Shown here: piece by piece, positions 18,785-28,599 of the stretch
How positions within the stretch are numbered: position 1 is the stretch's first letter
How the letters are laid out: each line of letters starts with the position of its first letter
Source of the DNA: Candidatus Saganbacteria bacterium
GTDB taxonomy: Bacteria; Margulisbacteria; WOR-1; JAKLHX01
Length of the DNA stretch: 32,000 nt
Reading direction: 5' to 3'
Assembly (NCBI GenBank): GCA_026387835.1
Contig: JAPLKZ010000013.1
Span: 120,001-152,000 of the forward strand
Made by a program: the position numbers and the translations under genes
The notes under the pieces: model-generated
What the model was told of the DNA's origin: nothing
Databases searched by the model: none
The model's input: only the letters and a program-made list of their open reading frames with translations

Positions 18785-19318
18785 ATGGTCTTAACTGGAA
18801 GAGAAAAAGCGACGATATTGTTATCGTTATTGGGCGCCGACCTGTCGGCGCAGATACTGAGAAGCCTGCCTCCCGATATGGCGGACCTTATTGCTTCGGG
18901 AATAAACAATCTTCCGAACCCGTCTTCGGATGTAATATCGTCCGTACTCGAAGAGTTCGCGTCTTTTATTGCTCTTCCGGATGCTTCTCAAAAGAGAGGG
19001 ATCGAACAGCAGGCATCTGCCAGGAGCACTCAGGCACCGCCAAAAGCGAACAGAAGCCCGTACGACACCCTTTTTTATTCCAAACCGAAAAAAGTGGCCA
19101 TGGCACTTTCAGCAGAAAGATCGTCCGTCACTGCGTTCGTAATGTCGATGCTCCCGGCCGTGCAGGCAAGGGATGTTTTGGCATTCATGCCGGACAGGAA
19201 AAATGAGATCGAAGATATCATGAGAGACCTAAGGCAGACCCCGATGTCAGAAAAGGTCAAGGAAGACGTAATCGCGATACTGGCTGAACGGATCGAAAGG
19301 ATGTATTCGGAAGGTTAA
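18785..19318 (+). CDS. fliG: short FliG-like protein (FliG-N plus degenerate FliG-M, no FliG-C)
   Basis: N-terminus MVLTGREKATILLSLLGADLSAQILRSLPPDMADLIASGI...VLEEF matches FliG-N. ALSAERSSVTAFVMSMLPAVQARDVLAFMPDRKNEIEDIMRDL resembles FliG-M. Only 177 aa, lying between fliF and fliH. Confidence 0.75.
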   Translation: MVLTGREKATILLSLLGADLSAQILRSLPPDMADLIASGINNLPNPSSDVISSVLEEFASFIALPDASQKRGIEQQASARSTQAPPKANRSPYDTLFYSKPKKVAMALSAERSSVTAFVMSMLPAVQARDVLAFMPDRKNEIEDIMRDLRQTPMSEKVKEDVIAILAERIERMYSEG

Positions 19319-19323
19319 ATATT

Positions 19324-20070
19324 ATGGCATTGATAAAAAGATCGCAAGTCATTGAAAGAGGTTGTATAGACCTGAAGACAGAGGTCCCTGCCATCAGGCA
19401 GCAGCCGTCGGCCGATTTTTCCGGGGAAGAAGCGCAGGCTTTTGAAGAGATAAAAGAAGAGATCGTTTCTCATACAGTGGATGAAGCTTATGAAAAAACA
19501 GGGGAGATAATCGCCCAGGCCCAGGCAGAGGCCAAAGAGCTATTAAAAAAGGCCAATCAAGAGGCGGAGACCCTGTTCTTAAGGACAAAGGAAGAAGCGG
19601 TGCAGGCGGGCAAGGCCGAAGGCGAAGCCAGCGTGAGCGAGAACATAACCGCTTCGCTTGAGACACTGAACAACGCGATAAAGGAAAGAAAAAGGATCAT
19701 CAAGGATTCGGAAGGGGAGATCCTGCGGCTTTCACTGAAGATAGCGGAACAGGTGATAAGAAGCGAAGTGTCGCTGCACAAGGATGTGGTGATGAACATC
19801 GTGGCCGAGGCGGTGAACAAGGTCAGCGACAGGGAGAATGTAATAATAAAGGTCAACAGGGAAGATGCCGAGCATATAAAAAAATACAAGGACAGGCTGT
19901 CAGGGATAGTGGATGGCGTGAAAAACCTTTCTATAATAGAAGACAGCCAGGTAGAACCCGGAGGCTGTGTTATCGAGACGAATCTCGGGTTTGTCGACGC
20001 GCGCGTCAGCACAAAACTCTCGCTGATAGAGCAATCGCTTATGAAGGCGCAGGCAAGTGTCACAGAATAA
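19324..20070 (+). CDS. fliH: flagellar assembly protein FliH
   Basis: Glu/Ala-rich coiled-coil N-terminus, then [99 protein letters not shown]; overlaps the fliI start. Confidence 0.9.
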   Translation: MALIKRSQVIERGCIDLKTEVPAIRQQPSADFSGEEAQAFEEIKEEIVSHTVDEAYEKTGEIIAQAQAEAKELLKKANQEAETLFLRTKEEAVQAGKAEGEASVSENITASLETLNNAIKERKRIIKDSEGEILRLSLKIAEQVIRSEVSLHKDVVMNIVAEAVNKVSDRENVIIKVNREDAEHIKKYKDRLSGIVDGVKNLSIIEDSQVEPGGCVIETNLGFVDARVSTKLSLIEQSLMKAQASVTE

Positions 20071-21406
20071 TTCTCTCCAGGAAAACACTTCTTTGATAGA
20101 TTTTGAAAAATACCACAAAGCCGTAGAACGTTCCGAAGGAATAAGGGTCATCGGAAAGGTCATCCAGGTCGTCGGATTGATCCTTGAGGCGCAGGTGCAG
20201 GGGGTCTCAATAGGAGACCTCTGTATCATCAGGCTGAATAAGGGAAACGCCGATGACATCAGGTATGGGGAGGTCGTCGGATTCAAGGAAGGAAGGGTCC
20301 TTCTGATGCCGCTCGGCACGACCACGGGGATATCTCCGGGTTCCGAAGTCCTTGCCGCGGGACATCCTCTGATGGTAAAAGTAGGCCAAGGGCTTTTGGG
20401 CAGGGTGCTCGGAGGTCTGGGAGAGCCTATTGATGATAAAGGCCCTTTGATAACCGAAGAAGAAAGGCCTCTTGACGCCGATCCTCCGGACCCGGTGAAA
20501 AGACCGAGGGTGACGGAAATAATCAGGGCCGGGATCCGGGCGATAGACGGGCTGCTTACTTTGGGAAGAGGGCAAAGGATCGGGATCTTTGCCGGTTCAG
20601 GAGTGGGTAAATCGACGTTGATGGGCATGCTCGCGAGGAACGCGGAAGCGGATGTAAACGTCATAGCGCTCATCGGAGAGCGCGGAAGAGAAGTAAGGGA
20701 TTTTATCGAGGAATCGCTGGGAGAAGAGGGCCTGAAAAAATCCGTCGTAGTGGTGGCGACATCGGACCAGCCGCCTCTGGTCAGGCTAAAAGCGTCTTTT
20801 GTGGCTACGGCTATAGCGGAATATTTCAGGGACCAGGACAAAAAGGTCATCTTCATGATGGATTCGGTGACGCGCTTTGCGTACGCGCAAAGGGACGTGG
20901 GGCTGGCGTCCGGAGAGCCTCCCACGACGAGAGGTTATACTCCGTCGGTCTTTGCGATGCTGCCGAGGCTTATGGAAAGGTCAGGCACGGCGGAGATAGG
21001 TTCCATCACCGGACTTTACACCATACTTGTCGAAGGAGATGATTTCAACGAACCTATAGCCGATCAGTCAAGGAGCATTCTTGACGGCCATATAATACTG
21101 TCCAGGGCGCTTGCGGCAAAGAACCATTATCCGGCGATAGATGTGCTTCCGAGCGTGAGCCGGTTGATGTCTAACCTTGTTTCGGATGAGCACAAAGAAG
21201 CGGCCGGAAAGCTCAGGGAGGTTCTGGCGCGCTACAGCGAAGCCGAAGACCTCATCAATATCGGTGCTTATGTAAAAGGGTCCAACCCGAAGATCGACGA
21301 GGCGATCGCAAAGATCGACGCGGTCAACGAATTCCTCAAACAGGGCACTTTTGAACAGGTAATGTTCGAGGACATGCTTGACCAGCTCCTTTCAATATTT
21401 TACTGA
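20057..21406 (+). CDS. fliI: flagellum-specific ATP synthase FliI
   Basis: [17 protein letters not shown]...[85 protein letters not shown]; GTG start. Confidence 0.97.
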   Translation: MSQNNSLQENTSLIDFEKYHKAVERSEGIRVIGKVIQVVGLILEAQVQGVSIGDLCIIRLNKGNADDIRYGEVVGFKEGRVLLMPLGTTTGISPGSEVLAAGHPLMVKVGQGLLGRVLGGLGEPIDDKGPLITEEERPLDADPPDPVKRPRVTEIIRAGIRAIDGLLTLGRGQRIGIFAGSGVGKSTLMGMLARNAEADVNVIALIGERGREVRDFIEESLGEEGLKKSVVVVATSDQPPLVRLKASFVATAIAEYFRDQDKKVIFMMDSVTRFAYAQRDVGLASGEPPTTRGYTPSVFAMLPRLMERSGTAEIGSITGLYTILVEGDDFNEPIADQSRSILDGHIILSRALAAKNHYPAIDVLPSVSRLMSNLVSDEHKEAAGKLREVLARYSEAEDLINIGAYVKGSNPKIDEAIAKIDAVNEFLKQGTFEQVMFEDMLDQLLSIFY

Positions 21407-21412
21407 TACAAT
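21404..21412 (+). promoter_or_regulatory. extended -10 element TGaTACAAT abutting the glyS start codon
   Basis: TG (21404-21405) A TACAAT (21407-21412); glyS ATG at 21419, 7 nt after the -10; no SD. It overlaps the fliI stop codon. Confidence 0.45.
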
Positions 21413-21418
21413 ATAATT

Positions 21419-23473
21419 ATGGCAAAGACCAACTTTTTACTTGAGATAGGAGTGGAGGAAGTGCCGGCAAGGTTCCTTGACGGGGTGCTTCAAAGCCTCT
21501 GCGAAAACGTAAAAAAGGCGCTCGAAGAACGCCGCGTCGGCTTTGACGCGATACAAGTTTGCGGGACGATGAAAAGGCTGGTGCTTTTTGTCGAAGGCAT
21601 TTTGGAAAAACAGCAGGACATGATGTCCGAAGTTAAAGGCCCGCCCAAGAAGATCGCGTTCAACCCGGACGGCACAGCCACAAAAGCCGCTTTGGGATTT
21701 GCCGCTTCGCAGGACCTAAAACCAAAAGACCTTATTGTCAGGCAGACAAATGAAGGAGAGTATGTTTATGCCGTCAGGAACGAAAAAGGCATCAGCACTA
21801 AGAAAGTGCTTACAGACGTTATCCCGAAGGCAATACTCTCCATCCACCTGCCGATATCGATGAAATGGCAGGACGGCGACATTTCTTTCATAAGGCCCAT
21901 ACATTATATTATGGCGTTCCTGGGCAAAGACCCGGTGAGATTTTCGGTAGGAAAAATATCCGCGTCAGACAAGACTTTGGGACACAGGTTTTTGTCGGAC
22001 TCTGTGATGCACGCCTATAATGGCGGCGCCGATCTGCAAAAATTCGAAGAATTTCTTGAAAAACTCGGGGTCATGCTGGACCGGGAAAAAAGAAAAAGCC
22101 GGATAATCAAGGGCATAAAAAACCACGAGGAACGGACCAAGGAAAAAATATTCGCGGATGAAGACCTGATAAATGAAGTCTCAAATATCGTCGAATATCC
22201 GCAGGTGCTTGAAGGCAAGTTCGACAGGCAGTTCATAATGGTCCTGCCGCAGGACGTGATCTATACGGTCGTGAAGAATCAGCAAAAATGCTTCCCTGCG
22301 CAGCAGAGCGGGTCCTTTTTGATCGTTGCCGACGGCGTGAAAGAGAAAGAGATAATATCAGGTTACGAGCAGGTCGTGAACGCGAGGCTGCACGATGCCA
22401 AATTCTTTTATGACGAGGACGTGAAGATACCGCTCGACAAGAACATCGAGAAGATGAAGAAGATCGTCTACCACGAAAAGATAGGGAGCATGTGGGACAA
22501 GACACGTAGGATCGTAAAACTATCCTGCTGGCTTGCGGCTCAGCTCACCGATAACAAGGAGACGATCGCCCAGGTAGAGAGGGCCGCGGAGCTTTCAAAA
22601 GCCGACCTTGCAACGCATATGGTCGGCGAGTTCTCCAGCCTTGCCGGTGCGATGGGCAGGGAATACAGTCTTGTTGCCGGTGAGGATATTCGGATAAGCC
22701 GCGCGATATATGAACATTATCTTCCCAGGTTCGCGGGCGATGCGGTCCCTACGGAGGTCCAGGGAGCGGTAATAGGGATAGCCGACCGGATGGATTCGAT
22801 CGCATCCTGTTTCGCGGCGGATATTATCCCGACCGGGTCGGTAGACCCGTACGGGTTGAGAAGGGCGGCATCAGGCATCGTCTCCATAATGATGAAAAAA
22901 AACATCGGGATACCGCTTTCAAAGCTGGCCGAAAAAAGCATGGAGATCCTGAATATATCGGATGCCGGCAAAAAAGGCAGGATCATTGATTTCATAAAAC
23001 AAAGGTTAAAAGTCGTGCTTGAAGGGGAAGGTGTCAGATATGATGTCTGTGATAGTGTCCTTGCGATCTCGGACGATCTCATCCCCGCGTACTGCAAGGC
23101 GTTCGAAATAATGAAAGCACTTGAAGATGCCTGGTTAAAGGCAGTGATCCTTGCTGCGGACAGGATAAACAGGATCGTCGGGGACGCCAAGACTTCAAAT
23201 ATCGATACCGAAGCATTCACGCAGAGTGAGGAAAGGGAACTTTACAGGAACTATTGCCAGATAAAAGATATTGTAAAGGAACATCTTTCGGGAAAAGAAT
23301 ATGCCAAGGCCCTTTTTGACTATAAGGTCATGACAAGGCCGGTCGACGTGTTCTTTGAAAAAGTCCTTGTGATGCACCAGGATGATAAGGTCAGGGCTAA
23401 CCGCCTGGCGCTTTTAAACGGTGTAAAAAGTCTCTATATGATGTTCGCTGATTTTTCAAAGATCGTTATTTAA
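21419..23473 (+). CDS. glyS: glycyl-tRNA synthetase beta subunit
   Basis: FLLEIGVEEVPARFLDGVLQSLCENVKKALEERRV...GPPKKIAFNPDGTATKAALGFA...FIRPIHYIMAFLG...GHRFL...VLPQDVIYTVVKNQQKCFPAQ...YGLRRAASGIVSIMM. Confidence 0.97.
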   Translation: MAKTNFLLEIGVEEVPARFLDGVLQSLCENVKKALEERRVGFDAIQVCGTMKRLVLFVEGILEKQQDMMSEVKGPPKKIAFNPDGTATKAALGFAASQDLKPKDLIVRQTNEGEYVYAVRNEKGISTKKVLTDVIPKAILSIHLPISMKWQDGDISFIRPIHYIMAFLGKDPVRFSVGKISASDKTLGHRFLSDSVMHAYNGGADLQKFEEFLEKLGVMLDREKRKSRIIKGIKNHEERTKEKIFADEDLINEVSNIVEYPQVLEGKFDRQFIMVLPQDVIYTVVKNQQKCFPAQQSGSFLIVADGVKEKEIISGYEQVVNARLHDAKFFYDEDVKIPLDKNIEKMKKIVYHEKIGSMWDKTRRIVKLSCWLAAQLTDNKETIAQVERAAELSKADLATHMVGEFSSLAGAMGREYSLVAGEDIRISRAIYEHYLPRFAGDAVPTEVQGAVIGIADRMDSIASCFAADIIPTGSVDPYGLRRAASGIVSIMMKKNIGIPLSKLAEKSMEILNISDAGKKGRIIDFIKQRLKVVLEGEGVRYDVCDSVLAISDDLIPAYCKAFEIMKALEDAWLKAVILAADRINRIVGDAKTSNIDTEAFTQSEERELYRNYCQIKDIVKEHLSGKEYAKALFDYKVMTRPVDVFFEKVLVMHQDDKVRANRLALLNGVKSLYMMFADFSKIVI

Positions 23474-23488
23474 ATTGGGAGAACAAAA

Positions 23489-24754
23489 GTGAAGATGAAA
23501 AACCTGCTTATACCGACACTGCGGGAAGATCCTTCCGAAGCCGAGGTGATAAGCCACCGCCTGATGCTGAGGGCCGGTTATATCAGAAAGCTTGCGGCAG
23601 GCATCTATTCATACCTTCCCCTGATGAACAGGGTGCTAAAAAAGATAGAAAAGATCATCAGGCGCGAAATGGACGCGGCCGGAGCTCAGGAGCTGCTTTT
23701 GCCGGCGGTCCAGCCGGCGGAGCTCTGGCAGGAAACGGGAAGATGGGATATCTACGGCAAAGAACTTATGAGGATAAAGGACCGCCACGAGCGGGACTTC
23801 TGCCTGGGCCCGACGCATGAAGAAGTCATCACCGACCTTGTAAGGAACAACATCTCTTCTTACAAACAGCTTCCCGTCATGCTCTACCAGATACAGACCA
23901 AATTCCGCGACGAGATAAGGCCGAGGTTCGGGCTCATGCGAGGGAGAGAGTTCATAATGAAGGACTGCTACAGCTTTGACAGGGACCAGAAAGGGCTGGA
24001 TGAGAGCTACAAAAAGATGAACAAAGCGTACTGCAACATATTTGACCGCTGCGGCCTGCGTTACCGTGTCGTTGAGGCGGATCCCGGAGCTATCGGAGGA
24101 GGATTTTCCCAGGAATTCATGGTGCTTGCAAATACCGGAGAGGACGAGATCGTTTATTGCAGCGACTGTTCTTTTGCGGTCTCCAAGGCTTTGTCAAATA
24201 TCGAATCAGACAATTCCTGCCCAAGATGTTCAAAAGGCGTGCTTAAGATAGAAAGAGGCATCGAGGTCGGGCACATATTCCAGCTCGGCACAAAATATTC
24301 CGAAAAAATGCAGGCGCTCTATCTTGACGAGGACGGCCTCCGCAAGCCCTATATTATGGGATGCTACGGCATAGGCGTGGGAAGGACCGCCGCGGCAGCC
24401 ATAGAACAAAACCATGACGATAACGGCATCATATGGCCGGTACAGATAGCTCCGTTCCATGTCGCTGTGATCCCGGTAAACACTTCTGACCCGAAACAGA
24501 TCGAAGCAGCGGAAAAGATCTACGGCGTCCTGATAGCAATGGGCATCGAAGCTCTGCTTGATGACAGGGATGAAAGGGCGGGGGTCAAGTTTAAGGACAT
24601 GGACCTGATCGGGATACCGGTCAAGGTGATCATCGGCAAGGCTCTTTCGGACGGGAATGTGGAAATAGTTCTGAGAGCAGGCGGAAAAAAAGAAATAGTC
24701 GCACTGGAGACCGCAGCGGAAGCGGTCAAAAAGGCAGTATCATGTCAGTCCTGA
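23489..24754 (+). CDS. proS: prolyl-tRNA synthetase (bacterial type, lacking the large editing insertion)
   Basis: [63 protein letters not shown]...[58 protein letters not shown]...[19 protein letters not shown]...[28 protein letters not shown]; 421 aa; GTG start. Confidence 0.96.
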   Translation: MKMKNLLIPTLREDPSEAEVISHRLMLRAGYIRKLAAGIYSYLPLMNRVLKKIEKIIRREMDAAGAQELLLPAVQPAELWQETGRWDIYGKELMRIKDRHERDFCLGPTHEEVITDLVRNNISSYKQLPVMLYQIQTKFRDEIRPRFGLMRGREFIMKDCYSFDRDQKGLDESYKKMNKAYCNIFDRCGLRYRVVEADPGAIGGGFSQEFMVLANTGEDEIVYCSDCSFAVSKALSNIESDNSCPRCSKGVLKIERGIEVGHIFQLGTKYSEKMQALYLDEDGLRKPYIMGCYGIGVGRTAAAAIEQNHDDNGIIWPVQIAPFHVAVIPVNTSDPKQIEAAEKIYGVLIAMGIEALLDDRDERAGVKFKDMDLIGIPVKVIIGKALSDGNVEIVLRAGGKKEIVALETAAEAVKKAVSCQS

Positions 24755-25650
24755 TAGCGGGCACAGTAGCCCTTGACGACCTTAAGACCCCGTTCGGCGA
24801 AAGGAAGAACGTGCTCGGAGGCTCGGCGGTGCATGCAAGCGTTTCCGCCGGTTTTTTTTCACCGGTAAAGCTCCTCAGCATAGTAGGAAGGGATTTCCCG
24901 AAAAGACATCTGGACTTTTTAAGTTCAAGGCGCATAGACCTGAAAGGCCTTAAGATCTCGAAAGGAAAGACTTTCCACTGGGAAGGGTTCTATGAATATG
25001 ACATGAACCAGGCCCATTCGGTCAGGACGGACCTTAATGTGTTGACGCTGTTCGATCACAAGCTCCCCCGGGGATATGAAAAATGCGAATATGTGTTCCT
25101 TGCCAATATCGATCCGGAAATACAGCTCAGGATAATATCACAATTAAAAAAGCCGAAGCTCATCGTCGCGGACACGATGAATTACTGGATATCGAACAAA
25201 CGCAGAGCGCTTGAAAAAGTGATAAAAAAAGTAGATATCATGCTTTTAAACGATATGGAAGCAAGGCAGCTGACGGGTAGTCCCAACCTGATACGCGCCG
25301 CCTCGGACGTGCTTAAAGCCGGGGCAAAGTATGTTATAATAAAAAAAGGAGAGCACGGAGCCCTTCTTTTTTCAAAAAAATCACATTTTTCGGCACCATC
25401 ATACCCGCAGGAAAAATTGACGGACCCGACAGGAGCAGGCGACAGTTTCGCGGGCGGCTTCATAGGTTATCTTGCAAAGAGCGGGGATCTGAGCGGCAGG
25501 AATATGAGGAAAGCCGTGATAGTGGGAACGGTAATGGCGTCCTTTAACGTCGAGGATTTTTCGCTCGACGCTTTAAGGAGATTAAAATACAGAGATATCA
25601 TCGGAAGATTCAAAAAAATAAAGAAATATTCGCATTTTGACGGAATTTAA
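24742..25650 (+). CDS. PfkB/ribokinase-family carbohydrate kinase
   Basis: Two PfkB signature regions: N-terminal [16 protein letters not shown] and C-terminal [20 protein letters not shown]. Confidence 0.9.
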   Translation: MSVLIAGTVALDDLKTPFGERKNVLGGSAVHASVSAGFFSPVKLLSIVGRDFPKRHLDFLSSRRIDLKGLKISKGKTFHWEGFYEYDMNQAHSVRTDLNVLTLFDHKLPRGYEKCEYVFLANIDPEIQLRIISQLKKPKLIVADTMNYWISNKRRALEKVIKKVDIMLLNDMEARQLTGSPNLIRAASDVLKAGAKYVIIKKGEHGALLFSKKSHFSAPSYPQEKLTDPTGAGDSFAGGFIGYLAKSGDLSGRNMRKAVIVGTVMASFNVEDFSLDALRRLKYRDIIGRFKKIKKYSHFDGI

Positions 25651-25692
25651 TAGAACTGTTCTGCAAAGCATTAAACCGAAAGGAGCCTAAAA

Positions 25693-26391
25693 GTGTTCAA
25701 AAGATTTGAGTCCGCGGCGAAGATCCTTTTTCAGTCAGGGTTAAATGATTCTCACAGCGGCAACATCAGCTCAAAGGAAAGCGACGGCATATTCATCACA
25801 TCAAGGTTCGCGATACCGGCGCTTTTAAAAGAGCAGGATATTATCCTGGTCGACAGCGAAAAAAGCGGCGATAACGATGCTTTAGCTTCGCGGGATCTTC
25901 CTATACACAGGGCGATCTATCAAAGCTCTACGGCTAAAGCGGTAATACACGCGCATCTGCCGAGCGCATTGGCGCTGTCAATAACCGAGAACAAGATACT
26001 GCCGCAGGATACGAAAGGCCAGGCACTATTTCCCCAGGGGCTTTCAATACTTAAACCAAGGCAGGGCGCGGAAAAAGAAGAGCTGATCAGGATGATAATT
26101 CCCGTTCTTGGTCCGGTCCCGGGAGCCGTGGTGATAAAAGGATACGGGGTATTTGCTTACGGCAATTCGATCGAAGAAGCTCTTGAGATAATCACAGCTC
26201 TTGAGATGTCGTCCAAAGTCTGGCTTTCCACAAAACTGATACCGCAAAAAATAAGCCAGGGCCAAAGCATGGGCCATAACCAGGGACAGCGCACGTTCGA
26301 ACACCGCAAAAGGACCGCTATTCCTCCGGGCATCGGAGTTATGGACCGCAGGAGCGGGATAAGCAGCTACCGCCGAGACAAGAACAGATAA
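25693..26391 (+). CDS. class II aldolase/adducin family protein
   Basis: LNDSHSGNISSKESDGIFITSRFA...HRAIYQSSTAKAVIHAHLPSALALSIT...GPVPGAVVIKGYGVFAYGNSIEEALEIITALEMSSKVWLSTKL; SD AAAGGAG and GTG start. Confidence 0.88.
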   Translation: MFKRFESAAKILFQSGLNDSHSGNISSKESDGIFITSRFAIPALLKEQDIILVDSEKSGDNDALASRDLPIHRAIYQSSTAKAVIHAHLPSALALSITENKILPQDTKGQALFPQGLSILKPRQGAEKEELIRMIIPVLGPVPGAVVIKGYGVFAYGNSIEEALEIITALEMSSKVWLSTKLIPQKISQGQSMGHNQGQRTFEHRKRTAIPPGIGVMDRRSGISSYRRDKNR

Positions 26392-26396
26392 AGCCC

Positions 26397-28562
26397 ATGC
26401 AGGACATCACGGAACTTTTAGAAAAAATAAAGTTTTACGCTCCTTCCGCTGATCTTGCGCTTGTCCAGAAAGCCGCGGATTTTTCCTCGAAAGTTCACGA
26501 GGGGCAAAAACGCCTTTCGGGAGACCCTTATATTTCGCATCCCATTGCCGTGGCAAAGATACTTGCCGAGCTGGAGCAGGACTCTACCACGATCGCAGCG
26601 GCCCTCCTTCACGATACCATTGAAGACGCTTCCGTAGACGAGAAGACCCTCACAAGAGAGTTCGGCGGCACAATCACAAAACTGGTCGCGGGAATTACAA
26701 AACTGCGGCAGCTTACGTTCGAGTCAAGGGAACAGCGGCAGGCGGAAAATTTCAGGAAGATGTTCTTCGCGATGGCAGAGGATATCCGAATAATAATCAT
26801 CAAGCTTGCCGACCGGCTGCACAATATGAAGACCCTCGATTTTTTATCCGGCGACAGACAGCTCGACATTGCGGCTGAGACAAGAGAGATCTATGCTCCG
26901 CTTGCGCACAGGCTCGGCATGTGGCGCCTTAAGTGGGAGCTTGAAGACCTTTCATTTTATTATCTTGAACGGGATAAATATGACAGCATCAAGAACCTGG
27001 TCAACCAGAAGAGGGAAGAGCGGGAAAAGTTCGTGAACGAGTTCATCGCTCAGGTGACCCAGGCGGTATTAAAAGTGGAGATCAACGCTTCGATAGCGGG
27101 AAGGTCAAAACATTTTTACAGCATATACAACAAGATCGTGCAGAAGAACGTCGAGTTCGACGACATATACGATCTCATCGCGATACGCGTCATAGTAGAT
27201 TCCGTTAAGGATTGTTACGCGGTGCTTGGCGTCATCCATTCTATATGGAAACCTATCCCCGGCAGGTTCCGTGATTTTATTGCGATCCCTAAATCCAACG
27301 GCTACCAGTCGCTGCACACTACGGTGATGGGTTCCTTCGGAAAACCAGTGGAGATACAGATCAGGACAAAAGAGATGCATAAAGTGGCAGAATACGGCGT
27401 TGCGGCGCACTGGCGGTATAAAGAAGGCGCGACCGACAGTGATTTTGACGCGAAACTCGCGTGGCTTAGGCAAATGCTCGAATACCAGAAAGAGGTGAAG
27501 GACGCAAAGGACTTTCTGGAGAACCTCAAAATAGACCTTTTCATTGACGAAGTCTTTGTATATTCGCCTAAAGGTGATGTGTATGACCTTCCTATAGACG
27601 CGACGCCGGTGGATTTCGCCTATCATGTCCACACCCAGGTCGGCCACAGGTGCGTAGGAGCTAAGGTGAACGGAAAGATCGTGCCGCTTGATCACAGGCT
27701 GAGCAACGGCGATATAGTTGAGATATTAACGAGCAATAAGGATAACCCCAAACTCAACTGGCTCAATTTTGTCAGGACCTCTGGAGGAAAGACAAAGATA
27801 AAACAGTGGTTCAAGAAGCAGAAAAGGGAAGAAAACATTGACAGGGGAAAAGCTTCTTTCGAGGAAGAGTTAAAAAGCATCGGAGTAAACGACCTCTCGG
27901 TGATCACCGACAGCATATTAAAGGATATTTATGAAAAGCATAATGCCGGAACAAAGGAAGACCTTTTTGCTCTTATCGGGAACGGCGAACTTTCCTCCGT
28001 CCAGCTTGCCAGGGAGTGCAGAAAATCGTTAGAAAAGAACAATATCATCGAAACGGCAGAAGAAGAGATCCCCAGGGTAAAAACCGCGCCGCAAAAAGAA
28101 AAAAAGACAAAGCAGGGTATAAATGTCCGCGGCATGGATAATATCCTGATACGGCTCGGGAAATGCTGTTTCCCGCTTCCGGGCGATGAAATAATCGGGT
28201 TCGTCACAAAGGGCCGCGGCATTACCGTCCACAGGCTTGACTGCAGTAACGTTGCCGAGGCAAAAGATATAAATAATAAAGTCGTGGAGGTGGAATGGGA
28301 CAAACTCAGCGAGACCGCATATCCGGTCAATATTGAGATCGAGGCTTTTGACAGGGTAGGAGTATTAAAAGACATATTGTCCCAGATATCCGAGACAAAG
28401 ACCAATATTGAATCGGCCGAGATCAGGACAAAGCGCGGCAGCAGCGCGATACTCAACCTTGTGGTCGACGTAAGGGATACAACGCACCTTAAGATCGTGA
28501 CGGATGCCATACGCAAGATCTCGGACGTGTATGATGTCCATCGTTTTGCCGCGGTAAAATAA
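26397..28562 (+). CDS. relA: bifunctional (p)ppGpp synthetase/hydrolase, RelA/SpoT family
   Basis: HD domain (VAAALLHDTIEDASVDEKTL...LADRLHNMKTL), synthetase domain (SIYNKIVQKNVEFDDIYDLIAIRVIVDSVKDCYAVLGVIHSIWKPIPGRFRDFIAIPKSNGYQSLHTTVMG), TGS (VYSPKGDVYDLPIDATPVDFAYHVHTQVGHRCVGAKVNGKIVPL) and C-terminal ACT. Confidence 0.97.
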   Translation: MQDITELLEKIKFYAPSADLALVQKAADFSSKVHEGQKRLSGDPYISHPIAVAKILAELEQDSTTIAAALLHDTIEDASVDEKTLTREFGGTITKLVAGITKLRQLTFESREQRQAENFRKMFFAMAEDIRIIIIKLADRLHNMKTLDFLSGDRQLDIAAETREIYAPLAHRLGMWRLKWELEDLSFYYLERDKYDSIKNLVNQKREEREKFVNEFIAQVTQAVLKVEINASIAGRSKHFYSIYNKIVQKNVEFDDIYDLIAIRVIVDSVKDCYAVLGVIHSIWKPIPGRFRDFIAIPKSNGYQSLHTTVMGSFGKPVEIQIRTKEMHKVAEYGVAAHWRYKEGATDSDFDAKLAWLRQMLEYQKEVKDAKDFLENLKIDLFIDEVFVYSPKGDVYDLPIDATPVDFAYHVHTQVGHRCVGAKVNGKIVPLDHRLSNGDIVEILTSNKDNPKLNWLNFVRTSGGKTKIKQWFKKQKREENIDRGKASFEEELKSIGVNDLSVITDSILKDIYEKHNAGTKEDLFALIGNGELSSVQLARECRKSLEKNNIIETAEEEIPRVKTAPQKEKKTKQGINVRGMDNILIRLGKCCFPLPGDEIIGFVTKGRGITVHRLDCSNVAEAKDINNKVVEVEWDKLSETAYPVNIEIEAFDRVGVLKDILSQISETKTNIESAEIRTKRGSSAILNLVVDVRDTTHLKIVTDAIRKISDVYDVHRFAAVK

Positions 28563-28582
28563 GCATTATTCCCCGCTTTTTT
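28551..28582 (+). terminator. weak intrinsic-terminator-like hairpin overlapping the relA/spoT stop codon
   Basis: GCGG(28551-28554)-TAA-AATAA-GCA-TTATT-CC-CCGC(28573-28576) followed by TTTTTT (28577-28582). Confidence 0.35.
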
Positions 28583-28590
28583 GATATAAT
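28582..28590 (+). promoter_or_regulatory. extended -10 element TGaTATAAT abutting the holB start codon
   Basis: TG (28582-28583) A TATAAT (28585-28590); holB ATG at 28600; no SD. Confidence 0.55.
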
Positions 28591-28599
28591 CAAGATAAT

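Noticed and set aside
19900-20925. 341-aa minus-strand ORF opposite fliH/fliI
   Set aside because: Long, but fully antisense to the Walker-A-containing FliI. Its Pro/Ser-rich composition is typical of an antisense shadow, with no domain match that I recognise.
25333-25350. GTTATAATAAAAAAAGGAGAG as a promoter/SD combination
   Set aside because: It lies inside the PfkB kinase coding sequence and has no plausible in-frame downstream start of a separate gene.
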